A stretch of 64,000 bases of DNA from an uncultured Chloroflexia bacterium (GCA_963749705.1 CAVVNQ010000008.1:32001-96000), one strand, 5' to 3'; positions 38,279-49,011 are shown, counted from the stretch's first letter. Made by a program: numbers and translations. Notes: generated from the sequence alone by a model not told the origin.

Positions 38279-39903
38279 CGGGCGGTCGCCTGTTCCGCCG
38301 ACCCGGTTGCCGCGGCACCCTCCGCCGCCACCCGCGAGGCTGGCGCGGTCGCCGCGAGCTCGATCGCCCGCTGGAGCGCGGCGGCCTTGTGCTCGGTCTC
38401 CTCGAACTCGAGCTCGGGCACGCTGCGGGCGACGATCCCGGCGCCGGTGTGCACGTGAGCCATGCCGTCCCTGAGGACCGCGCTCCGGATCGTGATCGCG
38501 GTGTCGAGGTTGCCGTCATACCCGAGATAGCCGACGGCGCCGCCATACAGCCCGCGCCGCTCGCCCTCGGCGGCGGCGATCAGCTGCATCGCCCGGATCT
38601 TGGGCGCGCCGGTCAGCGTGCCGGCGGGGAACACCGAGCGCAGCGCATCGAGCGCGTCGAGGTCGGATCGAAGCTTCGCCTCGACGTGGCTCACGAGGTG
38701 GAGGACGTGGCTGTACCGCTCGACCTCCATGTACTGGCTGGTGGTCACGGTCCCCGGCCGGGCCACGCGCCCGAGGTCGTTGCGGCCGAGGTCGACGAGC
38801 ATCACGTGCTCGGCGCGCTCCTTGGGGTCGCGGCGCAGCTCGTCGGCCAGGCGCTCGTCGTCCGCGGGCGTCGCGCCGCGCGGCCGCGTGCCCGCGATCG
38901 GGTGGGTCGTCATCCGGTCGCCCACCACCTGGAGCAGCAGCTCCGGGCTCGCCCCCACGACCTCGAACGAGGGCGTGCGCGTGAAGAACAGGTACGGCGA
39001 CGGGTTGACGCGCCGCAGTGCGCGGTACAGGCCGACGCCGTCGATCGGGGCGCCGTCCGGTCCGGCCGGCAGCTCGAACGACTGGCGCCGGGCGAGCACG
39101 ACCTGGATCGCCTCACCGGCCGCGATCGCATCCTTGGCACGGACGACGGCGTCGATGTACGCCTCGCGCCCGAGCGAGGTCTCGACCTCGCTCACGCTCG
39201 CGGGACCTGCGGTCCGGCCGGATCCGTTCGAGGTTCCGCGGCCGCCGGCCAGCTCCGCGGCGCTGGGCCGGGCGGTGCGCTCGAGCGCCTCGAAGATCGC
39301 CCGCTCGGCGATCCGGTAGCGGCCCTCGAAGTCCGGGGCCTCGGTGTGGAGCGATGCGATGGCCGACAGCTGGTGGGTCAGGTGGTCGAACACGAGCACG
39401 AGGTCGGTCTCGATGAACGCGGCCAGCGGCACGCCGACGGGGTCGCGGTCCGGTCGCGGAACCGACGGCTCGAACGCGCCGATCGCGTCGTATGACAGCG
39501 CGCCGACGGCACCACCGGTGAACCTGGGCATGCCATCCGAGGGCGCCACGCGACGCCTGGGCACGAACGCTCGCAGCGCCGCGAGCGGATCCGGCGTGTC
39601 GGTCTCGGTCACGGGCAGGTCCGGGGCGTAGCTGTCGACCGATACCGGACGCGTGGTCGTGCGGGCGACGCCGTCCGTGACCTCGAGCAGGCGCCTCGGG
39701 CCGATGCCCAGGAAGCTGTACCGGCCCAGGCGCTCGCCACCCTCGACGGACTCGAGCAGGTACGCGGGCGTCGTCCCGTCGTCGAGGCGCAGGAAGGCGC
39801 CGATCGGCGTCTCCAGGTCCGCGGTGCGGGTGGCGCGGATGAGCACGGTGTCGGCGGTGCCCGACAGGCGCTTGGCTTCGGTCAGGCTCAGCGGGTCGGT
39901 CAT
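38275..39903 (-). CDS. trpE: Anthranilate synthase component I
   Basis: LLESVEGG..RYSF, NPSPY, SPELL, PIAGTRPRG, EHVMLVDLGRND, AITIRS. Confidence 0.96.
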   Translation of the reverse strand: MTDPLSLTEAKRLSGTADTVLIRATRTADLETPIGAFLRLDDGTTPAYLLESVEGGERLGRYSFLGIGPRRLLEVTDGVARTTTRPVSVDSYAPDLPVTETDTPDPLAALRAFVPRRRVAPSDGMPRFTGGAVGALSYDAIGAFEPSVPRPDRDPVGVPLAAFIETDLVLVFDHLTHQLSAIASLHTEAPDFEGRYRIAERAIFEALERTARPSAAELAGGRGTSNGSGRTAGPASVSEVETSLGREAYIDAVVRAKDAIAAGEAIQVVLARRQSFELPAGPDGAPIDGVGLYRALRRVNPSPYLFFTRTPSFEVVGASPELLLQVVGDRMTTHPIAGTRPRGATPADDERLADELRRDPKERAEHVMLVDLGRNDLGRVARPGTVTTSQYMEVERYSHVLHLVSHVEAKLRSDLDALDALRSVFPAGTLTGAPKIRAMQLIAAAEGERRGLYGGAVGYLGYDGNLDTAITIRSAVLRDGMAHVHTGAGIVARSVPELEFEETEHKAAALQRAIELAATAPASRVAAEGAAATGSAEQATAR

Positions 39904-39957
39904 TGCGGTGGGTCCCTTCGGCGGTGCGACGGCTCGGGGGCGGTCGGCGCCCGAGAA

Positions 39958-40270
39958 TCAGAAACGACCTTCGTCATCCCGGGACGAAAGGTCGTGCCTT
40001 CCGCGGTGCCACCCTCATTCGGCGTGTGCCGCACTCGTTGACCGGCGGATCACCCGGACCTTCGCCCGGCCGATCGATCGGCGCTGCCCTGTATCGCTGG
40101 CGCTCTGCGCCGGAGCCTACTTGTCGCTGCGTCCGCTGTCGCGTCCGCGGTCACGCGTTCGGTCCGGAGGCTCCCGGGTCCATTCCCCGCCGCCGCCATC
40201 CCGGCTCACACCAGCCGCCGGGTCTCTGGATTGGCGATCGACGAGTACTCGTCCCGATCAACGCCCATGT
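39958..40270 (-). promoter_or_regulatory. Trp T-box riboswitch (transcriptional)
   Basis: Minus strand: stem I AGAGA and GGTG motifs, specifier GAA-TGG-A (UGG at 40182-40180), T-box AATGAGGGTGGCACCGCGG (40019-40001), then terminator hairpin ACGACCTTTCGTC...GACGAAGGTCGT-TTCT. Confidence 0.92.
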
Positions 40271-40359
40271 TCGTGATGGTGCGCGGAGTCTAGGGAAGGG
40301 GTCCCACCTGCGTCAAGCGTGATGCCCGGACCGGCGCCACTCGCTGGATTGCCGATCCG

Positions 40360-40848
40360 CTACCAGCGCCAGCCCGGGAGCGCCTCGATCGCCGCGGCGT
40401 CACGCGGGTCGAGGTCGCCCGATCCGTGCAGATCGCGCACGTAGCCGGACCACTGCCCCAGCGGGAAGCCCCGCTCGGTCTCGAACTCCTCGTCAAGGTC
40501 GGGCGAGCCGCCGCCCCGGACGTGACCGCCGAACACGTGGATCCCGGCCTCGAGGAAGCCGTCGTAGGTCTCCCAGCCGTGGTCGGTCTGGCGGACGAGC
40601 GCGTCGTCGGCGAAACACCAGATCCAGTCCTCGCCGGGCTCGACGGTCCGCATGAGTGGATGCTGCACCGCCCGGGCGTGGGCGGACATGTGCCGGTTCG
40701 GGCTGTCATCGCAGCACAGCGTCTGGTGGCAGATCATGCACTGGCGGAGGTGGACCCAGGTCGAGCCATCCTTGACACACACCTCGCACACGTTGAGCGG
40801 CGGGGGCGGCGGCGTGAGGCCGGCGGCGTGGGGACATTCGTGGCGCAT
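40360..40848 (-). CDS. UBP-type zinc finger domain protein
   Basis: CPH..CEVC..WVHLRQCMICHQTLCCDDSPNRHMSAH..HP...EPGEDWIWCF. Confidence 0.88.
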   Translation of the reverse strand: MRHECPHAAGLTPPPPPLNVCEVCVKDGSTWVHLRQCMICHQTLCCDDSPNRHMSAHARAVQHPLMRTVEPGEDWIWCFADDALVRQTDHGWETYDGFLEAGIHVFGGHVRGGGSPDLDEEFETERGFPLGQWSGYVRDLHGSGDLDPRDAAAIEALPGWRW

Positions 40849-40928
40849 GCGGTCTCCTGGGTCCGGGTCGTGCCGGCGGTCGAGGCGGCGTGGCTCACAG
40901 GGGCGCCGCCCGGTTCACGGGTCATGTC

Positions 40929-41016
40929 TGGCGGAGCGGGTGAGATTCGAACTCACGAGAGCTTGCGCCCCAACGGTTTTCAAGACCGCCGCCTTCAACC
41001 ACTCGGCCACCGCTCC
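40929..41016 (-). tRNA. tRNA-Ser(TGA)
   Basis: GGAGCGG..GAGTGGTTGAAGG..CGGTC TTGAAA ACCG, long variable arm, GTTCGAATC, CCGCTCCGCCA (encoded CCA). Confidence 0.96.
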
Positions 41017-41123
41017 GCCGCCGAGGATAGCAGCGCGGCCAGGACGCGCCGCCGGCCACTTCCGGCATGTGCCGTCCCCGGCGGTCGCCCCGCCAACGAT
41101 GACGGCTCGACGAGCGCCGGAGC

Positions 41124-41639
41124 TCAGGGCTGCTCGATGACCACCGTGCCCGCGATCAGGTCGTGCCAGCCGCGGCGCCGCTTGTCGACGAAGATCCAGA
41201 TGAACCCGATGTAGAACACGAGGCTGTTGATCCAGAAGCCCACCAGCCGGAGGACCGCGGACATGCCCGAGATCGGGCCGCCGTCAGCATCGCGCACCAC
41301 GCGCAGGTGGAACGGCTTCATGCCCGGCGTCTGGCCGCCCTTCCACCAGAAGTACGGGAAGTAGGCAAGGCTCAGCGCCAGGATCAGCACCACGTACAGC
41401 AGCGTGCCGCCGATCGCCGCTCCCGCCGAGTTGCTCGCGACGGCGCCGAAGAACACGAGCCCGAGAACCACGCTGGCGATGATCATGATGATCCCGAGCA
41501 CGAACCCGTCGATGATGTAGGCGACCAGTCGGGCGCCATGGCTCGCGAAACGCACGCCGGGTGCCGGGCCGGCCTCGGGCTCGGGGGCCTGCCAGCTCAT
41601 CGGCGGCGGCGCAGGCGCGGGCGGCTGCTGGGGATCCAT
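41124..41639 (-). CDS. RDD family membrane protein
   Basis: ARLVAYIID, GQTPGM, RVV, RRGWHDLIAGTVVI. Confidence 0.92.
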   Translation of the reverse strand: MDPQQPPAPAPPPMSWQAPEPEAGPAPGVRFASHGARLVAYIIDGFVLGIIMIIASVVLGLVFFGAVASNSAGAAIGGTLLYVVLILALSLAYFPYFWWKGGQTPGMKPFHLRVVRDADGGPISGMSAVLRLVGFWINSLVFYIGFIWIFVDKRRRGWHDLIAGTVVIEQP

Positions 41640-41687
41640 CGAAACCCTCCCGGGGTCAAGGTCCGCCGGCCGACCCGTGGCGCTCCC

Positions 41688-43017
41688 TCAGGTCCCGGCC
41701 GACGCTGCGCCTATCGTATCGATACCCAGGTAGGGCCGAAGGACCTCCGGCACGGTGACCGTCCCGTCCGCGTTCTGGTAGACCTCGAGGATCGTGGCCA
41801 CGATCCTGGCCAGCGCCAGCCCGGAACCGTTGAGGGTGTGCACGAGCTCGGGCTTGGCGCCGGGCGTGGGGCGGTAGCGGATCGCCATCCGGCGCGCCTG
41901 GTAGTCACCGAAGTTCGAGCACGAGCTGACCTCGAGCCAGCGCTCCACCCCTGGCGCCCAGACCTCGAGGTCGTACTTCTTGCGCTGGACGAACCCCATG
42001 TCACCGGTGCTCATCAGGAGCACCCGGTATGCGAGGCCGAGCCGCTGGAGCAGGTCCTCCGCCCGGCCGGTCATCCATTCCAGGGCCGCGGGGCTGTCGT
42101 CGGGCTTCTCGAACAGCACCATCTCGACCTTGTCGAACTGGTGGACGCGCAGGATGCCGCGCGTGTCCTTGCCCGCGGCGCCGGCCTCGCGCCGGAAGCA
42201 GGGCGAGTAGGCCGCGTAGCGGATGGGCAGGTCAGACGCCTCGAGGATCTCGTCGCGATGGAGGTTGGTGACCGGGACCTCGGCGGTCGGGACCAGGTAC
42301 AGGTCGTCCCGCGTGACGACGTACATCTGGTCTTCCTTGTCCGGGATCTGGCCGGTCCCGCGCGCGGACGCCGTGTTGACGACCGCGGGCGGCCAGACCT
42401 CGGTGAACCCGTTCTCGGTCGTGTGGACGTCGAGGAACCAGCTGATCAGCGACCGCTGGAGCCTCGAGCCCGCGCCCTTGTAGACGGGAAAGCCGGAGCC
42501 CGCGACCTTGGCGCCGCGGACGTTGTCGATGATGTCGAGCGACTCGCCGAGCTCCCAGTGCGGCCGCAGCTCCCATTCGCTGCCGTCCGCCGCCGTCGCC
42601 CGGCGCGCGACCCGGCTCGCCCCACGTCCGGACGGTGACGTTCGCCTCCTCGCCGCCCACCGGGACCTCGGGGTCGGCGGGGTTGGGGATCCGGAGCAGC
42701 AGGTCCTCGAGCTCCAGCTCCGCGGCCGCGAGCTCGGCGTCGATCTGCTCGATCCTCGTTCCGGCGCGCGTGGATGCGGCACGCAGGTCCGCGACCTCGG
42801 GGCCGTCCGGCCGGGCACCGTTGCGGATCGCCTCGCCGATCTGCTTCGACGCCGTGTTCCGCTCCGCCTTGAGCGTGTCGGACTCTGCCTGGAGGCGGCG
42901 CCGCGTCGCGTCGACGACCAGCGCCTGGTCGACGATCGAGGGGTCCTCGCGCTTGTCGATCGCGCCCTGACGGATCCGTTCGGGCTCCTCGCGGAGCCGC
43001 TGGACGCCGACGCTCAT
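41688..43017 (-). CDS. serS: Seryl-tRNA synthetase (one frameshift near 42600, probably an assembly indel)
   Basis: N-terminal coiled coil..[12 protein letters not shown] in one frame; [40 protein letters not shown] in another. Confidence 0.93.
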
Positions 43018-44618
43018 GCGAGTACCTCCCCGGTCGTGCCCGCCTCGCGCAGCCGGCCGACGACGAAGTCGCGCTCGAGGCTTGCCAGCAGCCATCCGGC
43101 ACGCGGTCCGTTGGGCCGGCCGAGGAACGCGAGGTACAGGGCGTTGAACGCGGCCCGGGCGTCGAGGCCATGGTCGGCGGCGACGGCGAACACCGCGGCC
43201 TGCCACTGCTCGCCGGAGGCGGGCGCATCGGCCATGGCGGCGGTCGCGAGGGCGCGCAGGAACCCACGCTGCTCGGGCCGAAGCTGGTCGACCTCGACCG
43301 GGACGGCGTCGCGGCGGATCTCGATCCGGGCACGCTCCGGGGCGTAGGCGTCGAGCCACGCCCGAACGGCGGCGAGCCGCTGCTCGAGCTCGACGGCCTC
43401 GGTCGTCGTCAGTGGACTCCCCTTCTCCGCCGCGACCCGTTCGGCGACGTCGACGCCCGGCACCTGGACGAGGAGCGCGAGATGCCCGAACGCAGGCCGG
43501 TACGCGTCGGCTGCGGCCGCGACGTCCGTCGCCGGGTCGAGCAGCGAGTAGCGGAAGATCGATTCGAACCCCGAAGGAAGCTCGCCCTTGACCTCGCGGC
43601 CCGCGGTCGCGCCGGCCAGGCGGTCGAACTCGTCGAACAGGCGCGGGATGGCGTCGCTGCCCTCGGGATCGAACTCGATCGCCGTCTCCGGGCGATTGCG
43701 GACGAACAGGAAGCGCAGCTGCTCGGGCGGCAGGACCGACCCGATCGTGTGCGCCGCGGCGCCACGGCCCTTGGACGTCGACATCTTGCGGCCACCGATG
43801 TTGAGGAACTCGTACGCGAAGTTGATCGGCGGCTCGCGCTCGAACACCTCGCGCGCGATCGCGTCCGAGCGGTCCCGCGAGCCTCCCGCGGTGGCGAGGT
43901 CCTTGCCGTTGGGCTCGATGGTGACGCCGAACAGGCTCCACTGCGCGGCCCATTCGAGGTTCCAGGGCAGCTTGGCCGCGCCGCCGAACGGCGCGATCCG
44001 GCCGGTCCAGCCGCAGCCCGTGGCCCACTCCACGAGGTCTGCCAGGCAGGCAACCGCGACCGTCTCACCGTCCCATTCGGACGCGATCGTCGTCCCGATC
44101 TTGCCGCAGCTGGGACACACCACGCCCAGCGGCAGCCAGTGCTCGGGATGCTGGACGTTGGCGACGCGACGGTAGATGTCGCGGACCACCGCGGCCCGGT
44201 CCAGCGCGGTCCGGATGAACGGGTCCATCTGACCGGTGGGATAGATGTCACTCATCCAGTAGTAGCGATCCGGGTGGATCCCGAGACCTGAGAAGGTGTC
44301 GATGAAGATCCCCGCGAAGTGGCGCGCATACGAGGCGTGGCAGTCACCGGCGGGATCCGGCACGTGGGCGAGCGGGCGGCCCATCTCGCGCTCGATCGCA
44401 TCCGGCGACAGCAGGGCCTGCGCGTCCATGGGGTCCATGTCGTCGACGCCGTACAGGAGCTGCGCCTCGAGGCCGCGGGTGCGCAGCGCCCGCGTGATCA
44501 CGTCGAGGATCACGGGGCCACGGAGGCTGCCGACATGGACGGTGCCGGACGGGGTCTTCGAGTCGTTGACGACCTGCGGTCCCTCGACGCGTGCCGCCAG
44601 CTCGTCAGCCCAGTCCAC
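43014..44618 (-). CDS. lysS: Lysyl-tRNA synthetase class I
   Basis: WAD, PSGTVHVGS (HIGH-like), CPSCGK, KLPW..EW...W, EPNGKD, KMSTSKG, GPRAG. Confidence 0.93.
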   Translation of the reverse strand: MDWADELAARVEGPQVVNDSKTPSGTVHVGSLRGPVILDVITRALRTRGLEAQLLYGVDDMDPMDAQALLSPDAIEREMGRPLAHVPDPAGDCHASYARHFAGIFIDTFSGLGIHPDRYYWMSDIYPTGQMDPFIRTALDRAAVVRDIYRRVANVQHPEHWLPLGVVCPSCGKIGTTIASEWDGETVAVACLADLVEWATGCGWTGRIAPFGGAAKLPWNLEWAAQWSLFGVTIEPNGKDLATAGGSRDRSDAIAREVFEREPPINFAYEFLNIGGRKMSTSKGRGAAAHTIGSVLPPEQLRFLFVRNRPETAIEFDPEGSDAIPRLFDEFDRLAGATAGREVKGELPSGFESIFRYSLLDPATDVAAAADAYRPAFGHLALLVQVPGVDVAERVAAEKGSPLTTTEAVELEQRLAAVRAWLDAYAPERARIEIRRDAVPVEVDQLRPEQRGFLRALATAAMADAPASGEQWQAAVFAVAADHGLDARAAFNALYLAFLGRPNGPRAGWLLASLERDFVVGRLREAGTTGEVLA

Positions 44619-44731
44619 AGGTTCGCTCTCCCATTCGACGGCGTCGCCTGGACCGCCGGATGGCGGCGTCGGCGCCTGCGCGCCGGTGGCCGAGCCGACG
44701 TTCGCAGGCCCCCTGCGGGGCCGTGCCGTTC

Positions 44732-45196
44732 CTAGCTGATCTCGACGATCGTGTACGAGAAGTCCCCGGCCGGGACCTTCACCACGACCTTCTCGCCCTT
44801 CTTCCTGCCCAGCAGCGCGCGCCCGACCGGTGACTCGTTCGAGATCCTGCCCTCGGCGGGCTTTGCCTCGGCCGACCCCACGATCATGAACGTCTGCGAC
44901 CCGTCCTCGCCGGTGACCTTGACGCTCGATCCGATCTGGACGTGGTCCGTCGACGTGTGCTCGTCGATCAGCTGGGCGTTCTTGATCATCGCCTCGAGGG
45001 TCTGGATCCGGCCCTCGACGAACGCCTGCTCGTTCTTGGCGTCCTCGTACTCGGCGTTCTCGCTGAGGTCCCCGTGCTCCTTGGCGTCGTGGATCCGCTG
45101 CGCGATCTCGGGACGCGTCACCGACAGCATCGAATCCAGCTCGGCGCGGAGCTTCTCGAGTCCGTCCTTGGAGATGTAGGTGGTCTTGGTGTTCAT
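44732..45196 (-). CDS. greA: Transcription elongation factor GreA
   Basis: HGDLSENAEYEDAK, IVGSAEA, ISNESPVGRALLG; ATG 45196. Confidence 0.97.
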   Translation of the reverse strand: MNTKTTYISKDGLEKLRAELDSMLSVTRPEIAQRIHDAKEHGDLSENAEYEDAKNEQAFVEGRIQTLEAMIKNAQLIDEHTSTDHVQIGSSVKVTGEDGSQTFMIVGSAEAKPAEGRISNESPVGRALLGRKKGEKVVVKVPAGDFSYTIVEIS

Positions 45197-45255
45197 GTGG
45201 GCACGACCCCCGAGGTGCGGACCGGCTGTGGCAGCGTCGCCGCTCGGTCGGTTTG

Positions 45256-45339
45256 AATAAAAGAACCCCGGGCGCGCAGCCGGCGCCGCCGAGGTTCGGA
45301 GATCGGCGGAATGGTATCCGTGGTCCCGCGTTTCGTCAA
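45256..45339 (-). promoter_or_regulatory. greA promoter with intrinsic terminator in the 5' leader
   Basis: TTGACG (45339-45334), 17 bp, TACCAT (45316-45311); hairpin GAACCTCGG...CCGGGGTTC (45297-45263) followed by TTTTATT. Confidence 0.72.
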
Positions 45340-45377
45340 AGCCCATGGCCGCCGCGGCGCCGGCGTGGCGTGATCTT

Positions 45378-45450
45378 CCGCCGGCGCGACCGTCGATCCG
45401 TCGCCGGCGCGTACCGTCGCTCAGTCGCCGGCGCGACCGTCGCTCACTGG
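45378..45450. repeat. About 23-bp tandem repeats at the argR 3' end
   Basis: CGCCGGCGCG(T)ACCGTCG occurs three times. Confidence 0.7.
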
Positions 45451-45899
45451 CCGAGCTCCTCCAGGCGTCGTCGGGCCCGGCCGAGCGAGCCGCGGTCGGC
45501 GAATGCGACGAACACCGTGTCGTCGCCGGCGATCGATCCGATCACCTCCGTCCAGCGCGCGCGATCGAGCGCCGCAGCGAGCGCGTGCGCGGAACCGGGC
45601 AGCGTCTTGAGCACCAGCATCGTCCCCGCCTCGCGCATCTCGACGGGCATGTCCCGCAGCAGCGTGCGGATCCGGTCCTCCCCGCTCGTCTCGGCCTCGC
45701 GCAGGCGGGGCGGGATCGCGTAGGCCTGCGTCCCGACCCGGCCGACCTTGGTCAGGCCCAGCTCCGCGACATCGCGGCTGATCGTGGCCTGGGTCGTCCG
45801 GAACCCGCGCTCGCGGAGCGCCGCCGCCAGCTCCTGCTGGGTGCGGATCGGGCGGAGCTCCACCAGGTCCCGGATCGCCCGCTGGCGGAGCTGCTTCAT
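45444..45899 (-). CDS. argR: Arginine repressor
   Basis: RQRAI..IRTQQEL..TQATISRD, LKTLPGSA, GSIAGDDT. Confidence 0.95.
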   Translation of the reverse strand: MKQLRQRAIRDLVELRPIRTQQELAAALRERGFRTTQATISRDVAELGLTKVGRVGTQAYAIPPRLREAETSGEDRIRTLLRDMPVEMREAGTMLVLKTLPGSAHALAAALDRARWTEVIGSIAGDDTVFVAFADRGSLGRARRRLEELGQ

Positions 45900-45928
45900 G
45901 ACTTCCACGGGTCCGTGCTCCGGTGCCC

Positions 45929-46753
45929 TCAGCGGGCGAGGAAGACCCCCACGACGACGATCGCGAGCCCGATGCGGTACAGGACGAACACGTTGAACGA
46001 GCGGGTCCGGACATAGCGCAGCAGGACCGCGATCGCGAGCATCCCGGATACGAACGCGGCCACAACGCCGACCACGAGCGGCATCACCTCGACCGCGCCG
46101 ACGTCGCCGCGAACCAGCTTGACCAGCTCGTACGCGACGGCGAGCGCCGTGATCGGTGTCGCCATCAGGAAGCTGTAGCGGACCGCGTCGGACCGGTCGA
46201 GCCCGGCGAACAGGGCCGCCGAGATGGAGATCCCTGACCGGCTCACGCCGGGGATCAGCGCCAGCGCCTGGGCCGTGCCGATGCCGATCGCACCCCGGAA
46301 CGTGAGCTGCTCGAGCCGGTGCGATCGCGGCCCCCAGCGGTCGGCGAGCCAGAGCACCGCGGCGGCGATCACGAGCATCAGCGCCACCAGGCCGACCTGG
46401 CGCACGTTCTGCTCGATGATGTCGTTGAGGAACACCGCGATCACGGCCGCCGGGACGGTCGACGCGACGATGAGCCAGGCCATCCGCCGGTCCGGATCGC
46501 CGTTGAACGAGCGATCGCGCATCGTGGCCAGCCCGGCCGGGACCAGCCGCAGCCAATCCTCGCGGAAGTACACCAGCAGCGCCGCCAGGGTGCCCCCGTG
46601 GAGCACGACCGAGAACGCGAGCGAATCGATGAACGGGTCGTCCCACCCGAACAGGTACGGGACGATGATGAGGTGGCCGGACGAGGAGATCGGCAGGAAC
46701 TCGGTCAGCCCCTGCACGAGCCCCATGACGAGCGCCTGGAATACCTGGTCCAT
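45929..46753 (-). CDS. uppP: Undecaprenyl-diphosphatase
   Basis: QGLTEFLPISSSGH, ALIPGVSRSG, YSFLMATP. Confidence 0.96.
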   Translation of the reverse strand: MDQVFQALVMGLVQGLTEFLPISSSGHLIIVPYLFGWDDPFIDSLAFSVVLHGGTLAALLVYFREDWLRLVPAGLATMRDRSFNGDPDRRMAWLIVASTVPAAVIAVFLNDIIEQNVRQVGLVALMLVIAAAVLWLADRWGPRSHRLEQLTFRGAIGIGTAQALALIPGVSRSGISISAALFAGLDRSDAVRYSFLMATPITALAVAYELVKLVRGDVGAVEVMPLVVGVVAAFVSGMLAIAVLLRYVRTRSFNVFVLYRIGLAIVVVGVFLAR

Positions 46754-46805
46754 GGGTCGCTCCGTGCGGCCGGCAGACGCGCCGGCCGCGGTGGTCTCGC
46801 CTGCC

Positions 46806-49011
46806 CTACCGGATGAACAGCGGGGCGAGGACGAGGGTGATCGTGGCCAGCAGCTTCACCAGGACGTGGAGCGACGGGCCGGCGGTGTCCTTGAACGGAT
46901 CCCCGACGGTGTCGCCGACGACCGCCGCGGCATGGGCGTCGCTGCCCTTGCCCAGCACGTTGCCGCTCGTCGTCCTTGAGATTGCCGGATTCGATGTACT
47001 TCTTGGCGTTGTCCCACGCGCCGCCGCCGTTGTTGAGCACGGTTGCCAGCAGCACGCCGGCGATCGTGCCCACCATGAGCAGGCCGGCGACCGCCTGGTA
47101 GCCGAGCAGCACCCCGACGATGACGGGTGTGGCCACGGCGACCAGCCCCGGGGCGACCATCTCGCGCAGGGCGGCGCGGGTGGTGATGTCGACCACGCGC
47201 GCGTAGTCCGGTCGCTGGGTGTAGTCCATGATCCCGGGCATCTCGCGGAACTGGCGACGGACCTCGACGATGATCGCCTGCGCCGTCGTGCCCACCGCCC
47301 GGATGGCGAGGCTGCTGAAGAAGTAGGCGAGCATCGCGCCGATCAGCGCGGCGACGAACACGCTGACGTCGGCCAGGTTGACCGCGCTCATCAGCGCCTT
47401 GCCCTGGCGGTCGAGGATCAGGTTGACCTTGTCGATGTAGGCCGAGAACAGCAGGAATGCGGCCAGCGACGCCGAGGCGATCGCGTAGCCCTTGGTCAGG
47501 GCCTTGGTCGTGTTGCCGACCGCGTCCAGGTGATCGGTGATCTCGCGGGCGCCCTTCTCGGCGCGGCTGAACTCGGCGATCCCGCCGGCGTTGTCCGTGA
47601 TCGGGCCGAAGGTGTCCATCGCCAGGATGTAGGCGGTGGTCATCAGCATCCCCATCGTCGCGACCGCGGTCCCGAAGATGCCGCCGACGTCGCGCCCGTC
47701 CGCGGTCACCAGGTGCGCCTGCGAGCCGAGCCAGTGGCTGGCCAGGAGCGCGAGGCCGATGGTCACGGCGGTGACGAACGTGGTCTCGAACCCGACCGCG
47801 GTGCCGCTGATGATGTTGGTCGCCGGGCCGGTCTTCGAAGCCTCCGCGATCTCGCGCACGGGGCGGAACGACCCGGCGGTATAGAACTGCGTGATGTACA
47901 CGAAGGCGACGCTGGTCACGAGGCCGACGACGCCGGCACCGAAGAAGTACACCCACACGGGGATGCCATTGGCGCCGTCGACCGGCACCGACATGGTCTG
48001 GCTGGTGACGAACACGAGCCCGATCGCGGACAGGATCGTGGTCGCCCAGTAGCCGCGGTTGAGGATGTTCATGGGGTTCTCATCCTCGCGACCGCGGATG
48101 AAGAACGCGACCGCGACGATCGTCGCCAGGAGCCCGAACCCGCGGATGATGAGCGGGAAGAAGATCCACGACGCCGGGCTGGGCCAGCCGAGGTCGAGCG
48201 CGATCTTGTACACGCCCACACCCAGGATCATCGCGCCGATGTTCTCGGCGGCCGTGGATTCGAACAGGTCCGCACCGCGGCCGGCGCAGTCGCCGACGTT
48301 GTCGCCGACGAGGTCCGCGATCACGCCCGCGTTGCGGGGATCGTCCTCGGGGATGCCCTTCTCGACCTTGCCCACCAGGTCCGAGCCGACGTCGGCGGCC
48401 TTGGTGTAGATCCCGCCGCCGAGCTGCGCGAACAGGGCCACGAAGCTGGCCCCGAACCCGAACCCGACGATGAGGAACGGCGCCTGGTTGATGGTCGCCG
48501 AGTCGAGCCCGCCGAAGGCGGCGAAGATGCCCCACACGCCGAGCAGCGACAGCGCGACGACGAGGAAGCCCGACACCGCCCCGCCACGCATCGCGACCTG
48601 GACGGCCTCGACGAGGCTGCGCCGGGCGGCGGCGGCGGTCCGGACGTTGGACTTGACGCTGATGTACATGCCGATGATCCCGGAGGCCATCGAGCACGCG
48701 GCACCCACCAGGAAGGCGACGGCGGTCCGCCAGCCGAGGTCGACCCCGAACACGTCCGTGTCGGCAACCTGCTTGGTCTCGAACACCGAGATGATCGCGA
48801 AGATGACCACCGCGCCGACCAGGGCGAGCGCGCCGATCGTCGTGTACTGGCGGCGGATGAACGCGACCGCGCCTTCGAGGATGGTGCCGGCGACATCCTC
48901 CATCGCCGGGGTCCCGGTATCGCGCGACAGGACGTCACGCGCCAGGTACAGCGCGAACAGGATCGCGGCAACGCCCGCGAGGGGGATGATCCAGGGAAGC
49001 GCTTCGGCCAT
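46806..49011 (-). CDS. hppA: Membrane pyrophosphatase, K+-independent H+-pumping type (frameshift near 46967)
   Basis: [50 protein letters not shown]; C-terminus [20 protein letters not shown] is in another frame. Confidence 0.93.

Noticed and set aside
40360-41016. Integrative element at tRNA-Ser
   Set aside because: No integrase and no duplicated tRNA 3' end seen; flanks are housekeeping genes.
42590-42625. Programmed frameshift or pseudogene in serS
   Set aside because: Essential gene, no slippery heptamer seen, and other indels nearby; assembly error is more likely.
45286-45309. Antiterminator CCGCCGA/TCGGCGG in the greA leader
   Set aside because: Its 5' arm lies largely upstream of the predicted TSS (~45304), so it probably cannot form in that transcript.
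46955-46975. Altered C-terminus of hppA as a real feature
   Set aside because: The conserved [10 protein letters not shown] tail is intact in the adjacent frame; a single extra base is most likely an error.
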